From Eledone cirrhosa (taxonomy: Eukaryota), in assembly GCA_964016885.1 (NCBI GenBank), contig OZ024762.1, positions 4,216,001 to 4,280,000 of the forward strand: a DNA stretch of 64,000 nucleotides, given 5' to 3'. This document shows, piece by piece, positions 63,534-64,000 of this stretch. The notes below the pieces were generated by a model. That model was not told where the DNA came from and made no database searches. It saw only the letters and a program-made list of their open reading frames with translations. Each line of letters begins with the position of its first letter. The first letter of the stretch is position 1. The translations under genes were made by a program, and so were the position numbers.

Positions 63534-64000
63534 CTGGAAAAAAAAAAGGAAATGTTTAAAAAAAGCACTCACACACACACACACACATACGTATGTCATC
63601 ATCATAATCATGATCATGATCATCATCACCACCACCACCACCACCACCACCTCCACCATCATCTTAAGCCCATTATCCATGCCGGCATGGGGTGGACACC
63701 TATCAGATAACTACATCTGGTCAATAAACTCCACATGACTAACGCCTTCCACTTTACAGAGTGTACTGGGTGTATGTTATCGTCTCACCAACACTGTGTA
63801 TATATATAACTATTGTTCTCGGTATGGTGAACTAACTGTTGTGTTACTACTTCTATATATATATATATATATATATATAAGCAAAGGGATATTTAATTTG
63901 TTGGTAATTCAACAAATATATTTATAACAGATTCGAAGCACTCGACAGATTTTCTGGAGTATAATATCAATGATATTAATAAATGGAAACAATATATATA

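Overview
Eukaryotic, AT-rich, repeat-dense genomic DNA, most likely a coleoid cephalopod (octopus-like tRNA-SINE families and microsatellite load; this is inference). The main gene is a complete 12-exon + strand gene (1260..54304, all introns GT-AG and phase-compatible, 1755 nt CDS, 584 aa). It encodes a compact Limulus clotting factor C-like protein: signal peptide, factor-C-type Cys-rich domain, 3 CCP/sushi domains and a trypsin-like domain. The His/Asp/Ser triad is intact, but the active-site surroundings and the LPS-binding motifs are remodelled. Intron 9 (~30 kb) holds a ~27.6 kb array of a 28-bp satellite whose unit resembles a branch point + pyrimidine tract + CAG acceptor. The last three exons of a convergent OATP/SLCO transporter lie on the - strand (63533..59419). 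The introns contain minimal type I hammerhead ribozymes of the Penelope-like kind (two with intact cores, several decayed). Two pairs of these sit in inverted repeats. Also present: a Penelope GIY-YIG remnant, LINE fragments, a small Helitron, MITEs, SINEs, four minisatellites amplified from SINE segments, and a ~270-bp-arm palindrome. Most ORFs in the supplied track are translations of repeats.
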